Below are positions 56,051 to 64,000 of a stretch of 64,000 nt of DNA, piece after piece (the stretch's first letter is position 1; every line of letters starts with the position of its first letter). The DNA is from Styela clava (Eukaryota): NCBI RefSeq assembly GCF_964204865.1, contig NC_135253.1, forward strand, positions 8,308,001-8,372,000. Reading direction: 5' to 3'. The notes beneath the pieces were generated by a model. That model saw only the letters and a list, made by a program, of their open reading frames with translations. It was not told where the DNA came from and ran no database searches. Made by a program: the position numbers and the translations under genes.

Positions 56051-56307
56051 AAGCATGCAGAACGGAAAAAGCACGCATGCTGATTTTCAGGTTTCTGAAT
56101 CTTGCGAGATTTGACGGAGCGCCTTCGCGATGAATCGTACTGAAAAAGCGAAAAGCGTGATTACTCGGCGCCAAGACGTCGCCGGGCCATTAATACCGCA
56201 CTTATCAAACACCAATATGACGGCGGGAGAGAAATTGCGTTATAAACCAATGTGACTTCGCCTTCGGCAATGCGATTGAGACGGTAGAAAAACAACAAGA
56301 TGAAATT

Positions 56308-56376
56308 TCCCGCGGACCGGCAAAAAAGTTTCGCGGACCGGCACCGATCCGCGGACCGGCGGTTGGGAACCACTGG
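56308..56376. mobile_element. Solitary hAT (Charlie-type) terminus
   Basis: Three CGCGGACCGG subterminal repeats followed by GGTTGGGAACCACTG. The same TIR is at 38346-38360 and ~48698-48712. Confidence 0.65.
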
Positions 56377-56904
56377 TCTACTCTATAGAGAAGGTTAATC
56401 GTTTTCAGTCCTCATATAAACTGTATAAGCGTGATTAGAATAGGAATAGCGAAAATGAAAAGCTGCTGCTTACTGATAAACGCCGTTATTTGAGCTAATA
56501 TTAGAACAGACCAGACAGACTCGCAGCTAATGCTGTAGTATCAAACTGAGATATCTCAAGAAATAGCAGTTGATATATTTGCATTCTCACTATCTGTGAT
56601 AACTTGGAAATGCAACTCAATGTATCTATTTGTTTATACAGCTGCAGTCAAGCGATGATTGTTGTTGGGGTTTAAATCTGACGCCAATCATTGCTGTGTT
56701 GTAGATATAGTATGGTAATTCTTACAACTTTATTCATTTAACTATTGAGCCGCTAACTGTTAGCATCAGCAATTCGATGCGTATTTGTTTTCTTGTTAAT
56801 AACATTTACTTGTGTTATATTTTACTTTGAATCGCATTCTAAGTGTGCTTTAAATTTAAGTTGAATGAAGCCCTATATCAAGGTACTATATTTCTCCTTC
56901 ATCA

Positions 56905-57210
56905 CACTGTCGTTCTCCAATATCCCGAAAATTTTTCCTTATATTTCAGATATGGGAGAAAGACATGATACAATGAAAACGTTTGCGACGCATTGAACTG
57001 CATGAAAAATAAAGCTTCATTTAGAAATACCTTTGATAGAAATTTCAGGTGTGGAATGTAAGTTTAATAATGTAGCTTTTAGCTTATGGTGTTACAAGAT
57101 GCAAGAAATACTCTTGATATATTACCTCTAACATTAAAGTAGTATTTACAATAGTCGGTTGCGTAATACTATACGGTACGCAATGAAACTGAATCAAAAG
57201 CAAACAGAAT
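56905..57210 (+). pseudogene. Decayed duplicate of the SHPK last exon and 3' UTR
   Basis: TCGTTCTCCAATATCCC...TTTCAG, GAAAGACATG, ATTTCAGGTGT.GAATG, GCTTATGGTGTTACA.GATGCAAGAAATAC.CTTGATATATTACCTCTAACATTAA aligns to 27768-28070, with indels. Confidence 0.85.
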
Positions 57211-57318
57211 GAGGATGAGATGTTTTATTTCAATGACTTTTATTTCTTTAAAAATTCAGAGTATAAGACTTAAAAGATTTATATAAGCTTTTAGCTGTTT
57301 GATATAATAACAAGCTGC

Positions 57319-60069
57319 TCATTTTAGATCTTCAGCATATTTATCCCATAATTTATTGAATCCTGGATATTTTTTACCACTTTGTTCCATCTTTTCATCC
57401 ACTCTCTGACTCTGTGATTTTGTGAATAAATTTTTCCAATCGCCGATAACACCTTTACGCAAGAAAGGCAATTCAGCAGGTCTTTTGGTATGCTTGAAAA
57501 TGGAAGCATGCTGATGAGTTTCATACAAAGTTGACGAACATGTGATTGTTAATATATATATATAATATAAAAAAGTCGATATGCGATCTTGATATGCAGG
57601 GTTGGTTGGTTGCAACTGTTAATATTATCATTTAATAGGTGTCTCGTATATTTACTTAATTAATTTCAAATTAATGTTGCTTTATCTAGTAGTAGGGTGC
57701 AAGACCTATTTTCTTCGATGTTGCAGTAAGAATATACCGTATATAGTATGGAATAGATTCTTATGACAAGCTTACGTAATCTCTCCGTGACATATTCTTG
57801 AAACTAGTGAAGTTGACAATCTCATCCAAAAGTTCATTTCCATTTTTCGTGACTTTATCGGCCCATTCGTCTCCCAGAAACTGCGCAATTTTTAAAAATT
57901 CCCTACGAATAAAAAATCGTTCATTGGCATCTTCCAAAGGTAATAATACTGAAGGCGAGTTCACCAAGTCAAGAATAGAAAGCATATATATATATATATA
58001 TAGCTGGTTGGAAATGTTCCTAAGAATGAATAGGATTTTTATTCCGGCCGTGTTCCAATCCATTGTGAATCACGCATTTTATTCGGTTAAACAATGCAAT
58101 TGCGAGGAAATATAAATAATGTCGATTTAAATGTGGACATACCTAAATTTACCATGACATTACATGCTTTATAAAAATATATCTATAGAATGATATTTCA
58201 TTTTGTCCTCGTAATTGTAAGCCGAAATTCTGAACGGACCGCCATAACATGACATGATAAGCTGATTTCAGCCTCCGACGTATGTGACTCAACATTTTTC
58301 AGAGATCCATTCACCCCCCCGAGGAATGTGAACCCACACATGATGCTTCAAATGTTAATTTAACGCGCTGTCCGTTCTAATGTTTGGTGCGTGTTTGTGT
58401 TTGTTTACTTCTCCGGAATTAGTAGTCACATGTATTAATTGGGGCGCTCACGTGGTATGTGAACTAAGATGGCGGACACAGGAACATAGTATGTGCTGTA
58501 CTAGGTTAGGCCCTAATTTCCAATTTTAATTTATTTTGAGTTTCCTTATTTTAGTTCTATTACGAGTTCGGGGACTAGCCAAGTGACTTCCGTAGTATTT
58601 GTACCTTAAATTATAGCCTAACCCTAAACCTGGTACACATACTACGTTCCGGCGTCGGCCATCTTAGTTCACATACTACGGGAGTACCTTAATTGGAATA
58701 TAACGTAACGCCATTATACATTTGTGTTTAGAAGGACAGATCGCATGCTGTACAGGAACGAACTAATTTTTACAACATACCCATGAGAATCGTACTTCAG
58801 ATCTTCGTATAAGACGTACAAAACATTTGACTTCTCTTTGCTCATGGCCCACCACTTTGTTGCAAAATCAAAAAAATCTCCGAAGTCAACTTTCCCACTG
58901 ATCAGTAGTTCGAAGAAATCATCGAATTTCCCATCCTCGTATTGGTATAAGTGTGTAAATCCAATAGTGTGATAGAAGTATGAAGCAAAGCAATCTTTGG
59001 GGTTTCGAACTAAACGCAAGAATAGGAAATGCGATGAAAGAAATTTGAAACGTTAAAAGCTATATCTAAAATTTCTTTCTTGTTCCTTGTACTGAATTCA
59101 CAGTCTCGCACAATGTTCGAGGAGTCTGATGAATGATATATCCATCGTATCGGTTTTCTATGCCGATACCCCCCAGCATTGGGGCACATTGATTTATTTA
59201 TTTTTTAAATTGCATAGGCCTAATAGTAAGGTAAGAGACATTTTGACACCAGCGTTCCGAACCAAAGCTCTCTCTCTCTCATTATATATACCATACGATC
59301 AGTCACTTGTAAGCAAGGAGCTACTGTGTTTTAGGATATACTGGTAAATAAATTCAAATTTAACAATTTGGCACTGTAAACACTTTTGTAGCTAAATGAT
59401 TACAATGAACTTATATACCAAATCAACATTTCAAAGAATTTATATACAGCATAGCACATTGTAGTTAATATAACTGAATTTTATTCCGAGTACTATAACG
59501 TTACAGCGTTATGTCTTCGGGACATCAAACAACAATAAATAATATTTTTCTACAAAGTTTACTGATAAAAGGAACAAATCATCATTTACATTTTTGTAGT
59601 CTTTAAAAAAGCATTGAGTTTATTACTCACACAATAAAATGATTTTAAGTATAACAACAGCTAAAATTCAGAACTACGACTTGTGCCCACACATACCTAC
59701 ACATATATATTTTGATTGTTGATTCCAAGGTGTCATATCAAATAAAAGATGAGTTTTTATCATTCGTGGGAGGTCTTTCACATTTTCAACGGCATCTATA
59801 CCATCTAATTCCAGATGGGGAAACATGATGTCCAACTTCTCATTTTCTACCAAGGACCGCCCATATTTCATTCCCAAAAGTGCATTCTGAACCCACGTTG
59901 TCCCACATTTCGGATAAGTACAAAGAAAAATATCTCCAGGCCGAGCTTGGTAGGATATTGCAGCGTCAAAACCTTTTTGCGTTGTTACTGATGGAATAGC
60001 GTACAGTCCCTTCACAGATGGGTGAGACACATATGTGTAAACAGGCATATCGCATACACGACGCTCCAT
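57319..60069 (-). CDS. Cytosolic sulfotransferase, array copy 4
   Basis: ORF pieces 59674-60069, 58714-59019, 57761-58063 and 57319-57615 contain the four exons with TYPKCGTTW, KTH, RNPKD, RKGVIGDWK. Confidence 0.9.
58443..58688. mobile_element. Merlin-like MITE, long subfamily
   Basis: Perfect 8-bp TSD ttaattgg; empty site in the paralogous introns (~40535-40560). Confidence 0.82.
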
Positions 60070-60637
60070 TACGATTTTTTATACTGTTGTTTAGTACTGA
60101 AAACAAGAGAAGCCTAGGCTCTATGAAATATTCAAAACCCTACAGTCATATAATGTCGCTATGCGTAAATTTGGTCAGTATGTTGGACTGCGTGGCATTA
60201 CATACCTTTGGAAACGTGAGCACAATGAATTTGCTATTTTTTTCAAATTCGCTAGCACCATATTCATTCTGTTACAATCTGTTTCTTATCGTATAGAGGT
60301 GGTATAGCCTTTATAATAGTATTATTGCACGTTGTGTTGTGAAGGCAGATAGGAGCGGTTTAAATCTTATATATAATAAATTGGGTCACTGAGTTAATGT
60401 ACTATCAAGCACGGCAGAAGATCTAACCTTGATTGTCCGTTTAAAACACCATGTTTTGTCCCCGGGCTATGGCCTGCGACGCGAATGACGCACAGCAACT
60501 AAGAATCGTTATGACCAACTCATTTTGTCCTAGTTCAAAGAATCTGAGTTAAACCCGATTTACAATTGATAATGCTAGTTTTGCCCAAATTACTGAAACT
60601 CAATCAATTTAATATGATTGTCCCTCGTTTTCTAACA

Positions 60638-61318
60638 CAGTGCTTCCTAACCTTTTTCATTTCGCAATCCACTTTTATTGGCATTTTTTTGGACGACCCA
60701 CAATGAGATGTGAAACAATGTATTCACACGCAATTTACTATTAATGCGAAATTCGAATTTTTATATTGGATATTATCAGTTCAAGTCGAGGCTTGAAAGG
60801 AGACAAGCTGACACGCAACATGGCATTAGCACTTAACACATCGTGCTTTTAACTCAAAGTCATTTCCTGCCTTAATGAAACCACATTTGATGTAATCAGA
60901 GTCGAATTTTTTAACTACAACTGTTTGAGCTTTCCTTTTTTTTTGCCTTTTCTTTAAAACAAAATCAATTTTGTGGCTCACAAGAACCAAACAAAGTAGG
61001 ATGCTAAGATAAAGCATTTCAACCCTGTTTAGCCATATTTAAAATGCAACTCATTGGACATAAGATTACCAATTTCAAAAACCCGGCGTCTTCGCTACTG
61101 TCTTCACGAATTCAACAAATTACTGATATGCCTAGTAGCCTATCAACAGTGTCCAATATGTAGGGCGTACTAAAATTATTAACGAGGCACAATGAATAAT
61201 TCTAATTCTTATTAAAAAGTTACGTAATGATAATCCCTAATTTTCCGATCTGATCGAAAACTGTATGTAAAATTTGGGAATACTCCGTGACCCACCTTGA
61301 ATAGCTTCGCAACCCACC
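60638..61318 (-). mobile_element. Deleted Buster/Charlie hAT element with BED-finger remnant
   Basis: CAGTGCTTCCTAACC terminus, GACCCAC subterminal repeats, and ORF 60826-61017 KKFDSDYIKCGFI...ARCVKC resembling the ZBED5/SCAND3 N-terminus. Confidence 0.7.
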
Positions 61319-64000
61319 AGCCATTTATTTAGTTAGTTATTTATTCTCATTGCTCATTCAAAAAAAATCTAATTTCCTATTTTTATTGTTTCTGCTTTCA
61401 AGGAAACCTATATATATACTTTATTAAATATTTTTCTGAATAGTAATGCGATAAACAGACAACAGTAGGACTCTTATTTACCACATTATGGTAACTATCA
61501 TAGACTGCCCTATAGGTTTTGCAGTTTGTTTGCTTTCGCCTTGTTGACTTTTATGGTCCGTGATTTAGCCAAACAAAAAGGTAAAAGGGCGCGATGACTT
61601 ATAGAAAATACCGAATCGTATAAACGTCAGTAGCATAGATCATTCATGAGTTCATCATTCAACGTTTAAATCAAGTTCTGTATTAATGTGCAATAGCCAT
61701 AAGCATAAAGTGCATGTAGGAAATATTAGTAATTTTAACAGCAAAGAAAAAATTAGAACCCTGAAAAATCCCAACTGGTATAAAACTTCCTCTATTTAAA
61801 AAAAAAAAACTTATGTAACACGTCGCTGCAAATTATAACACACCAATATAGCCAATGAATTCAATATCACATTATACGAAGTTGAATAACCACGCTGAAT
61901 GCCAAGACGGAATCAATGAATGAATAATAACATACAAGACACGGTTTATATAGCATAGAATATCAGTACGATCATAAAATCTCGTGAACCAATTCACAGT
62001 GACATGTTACCTAAACGATAATTCTGTTTTTTGATAACTAAATGTTTTGGCAAAGGTGTCGCTGCCTAGACCTCATGAGGTCCCTCGCGACTCCTGTCAC
62101 ACAACTTAAGTTAAGTTGAAATGTTTTTTCTTATGATACGTTTATTTTGTGCTGACGAATAAAATGATGATTGATCGATTGATTGGCCTAATTAGTAGGA
62201 ACGTGTTATAATGTACAGAGACGTGTTATATCAGTTATTTTTTCACATTAGAAGAAGTTTTAGACCAGTTAAGATTTTTCAGAGTCAACATTTTTTCTTT
62301 GCTGAATATTTTGTTAAAATTACCAATTCCCTACATTGCATCTCGGCGCTTAACATTGGAAATGGGGTTTTGGGCGTAATTATCACCTAGATGCAAGAAA
62401 AGCATAGTAAATGTGGTACAAAATATAGATGGAAGTTATGCAAAAACATCACACACATATATACAAACTACAATTACAAATTAGTGGGACATAGAAGGGA
62501 AATGGGAAATAGGAAGAGTGTAAAAATGGTGAGAAGATTTTTTAGAAAGGAATCGGCGTATGAGTGTTCTCGAATTTGATTTTGACGGTTAAAACAAGTG
62601 TTTCCATTCAACATATTTTATCACACTAAATAACTTTCGTTGCTCGTAAAGTATCGTTTGTCACGAGTTATGGCTTTTTAGCCTTTTACCCCTTGTTGAA
62701 AACGGCGCTTTTAAAAAAATATGCTATCTGTGGGTTTTGAAAAAAATAGCGCTTTTGCTTTGTATATTTGTTTGAATATACTCGTATTTAACGAATATAT
62801 TTACGAGCATAAAGTATGATTCGTTCGAAATCATCTTTCTGAAAGTACGATCAATCAAAATGAATTACCTATAACCGTCAATTTTTCAATTATTATGAAC
62901 TTCATGAAAACAGCCTCAAATCAAACATTTATCTTTGCCGCACAACCATTCGGCCAAAACGATTTGCTGCAACTCAAATAAACATCCAAATCAACTCATT
63001 TTCAATAAATTCATGAAAATCGAAAGCAGAATAGTAATTAAACGCCTCAGAATAAGAGATAGGATTTTACCTTAAGATTCGAAGGTGAGAAACATGTCCC
63101 AACAAGATAAAAAATCTGCAATCAATAAAATAAATCAAAATTATGACAGTACAAAATAGAACATACACTCGAATGTACGTTCGTTCCGTTTTTTGACGCG
63201 TTAATATATATTTCGATAAAGCGCGTGTTTACACCTTGCATTGCATACGTTGCATTGAGATTTCGTTCGTTTGTTATGTCATTATTTTAATTAATTCGTA
63301 TTCGATTTTTCACTACATCATTTTTTTAAAAAGTTGGGTTCGTGTGTTATATTCGTCGTTTTGTCGTTCCATAGTCGTTTACCAATGTTTAAATGTTGTT
63401 CAGCTTGAATTATTACATTGTCATCTTGTCTTCTGCCAGTTCTGGCTCATTCGCAATTGTTCCTCCATCAATGTTGTTGCAAGATCTCCGTTTGCGCATA
63501 TCAGTCAGTCAGTCAGTCAGTCGTTTATTTTTCACCAAAATGAAACATACACGTAATGCGAACAAAAATTAGAGAAAACATAAATAAAGGCATTTCATGG
63601 TGAAGGGTGACGCGAAAAAACCAATGATGGTTATCTAGCAGCGACACCTGTGATAAATGTCTAACTTTGATACAAGTAGAATAGAATAAATCGAACACAT
63701 TTAAGCAGTGAAGGAAAGAATGTCCAAGAAAATCCAAAACCGTAACAAAAAAAGAGACTCCAGGCACAACCATGGTAATCATGGGCAACAGTATAGTAAT
63801 ATAACAGCAGTCCGACCACAGTCAGCGTCATGGAACCCTACAAGGATATTGCTTTTGAGGCCGCGCGGTATGATAGTGGCCATGTACGCCGGGATACGTA
63901 ATTAAGGCAGTTAGTTATTAGGAAATATATTTTGAAATATAAGCACATCTTGATGGTTACAATTATCTTAAATATGGGAGCAAGTTCAAGAAAGTATTGG

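Noticed and set aside
54548-56376. Single hAT element enclosing the Penelope fragment
   Set aside because: The two ends differ in subterminal repeats and their flanks do not form a TSD.
60363-60535. Possible small Helitron (A|TC start, CTAG|T end)
   Set aside because: No convincing 3' hairpin next to the CTAG and no second copy in the window.

Overview
AT-rich eukaryotic (invertebrate metazoan, possibly an ascidian; the species cannot be fixed from sequence alone) genomic DNA with intron-rich genes. There are no prokaryotic operons, CRISPR arrays or rRNA/tRNA genes that I can support. Left to right: the 5' part of a trypsin-family serine protease (-), two hAT DNA transposons, DRC10/IQCD (+, 7715-13580), ESS2/DGCR14 (-, 14846-22186), head-to-head with sedoheptulokinase SHPK (+, 22554-27976), and then a tandem array of four cytosolic sulfotransferase genes (-) from about 29 to 60 kb. 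Each repeat unit of the array also carries decayed pieces of the SHPK 3' end. Copies 2 and 3 form a recent ~7.7-kb tandem duplication whose junction can be read to the base, with a 15-bp templated insertion. The second unit contains an internally deleted CsRn1-like Gypsy element that retains a -1 frameshift signal and is fused to a 34/37-bp minisatellite. Other repeats include Penelope-like RT fragments, an RTE-like LINE tail, Merlin-like and hAT MITEs (several confirmed by empty paralogous sites) and DINE-1/HINE-like elements. I found no wholly new biological system. The most notable item is the evolving SHPK-sulfotransferase array with apparent active-site divergence between copies. Exon boundaries were read by eye and may be off by a few bases.
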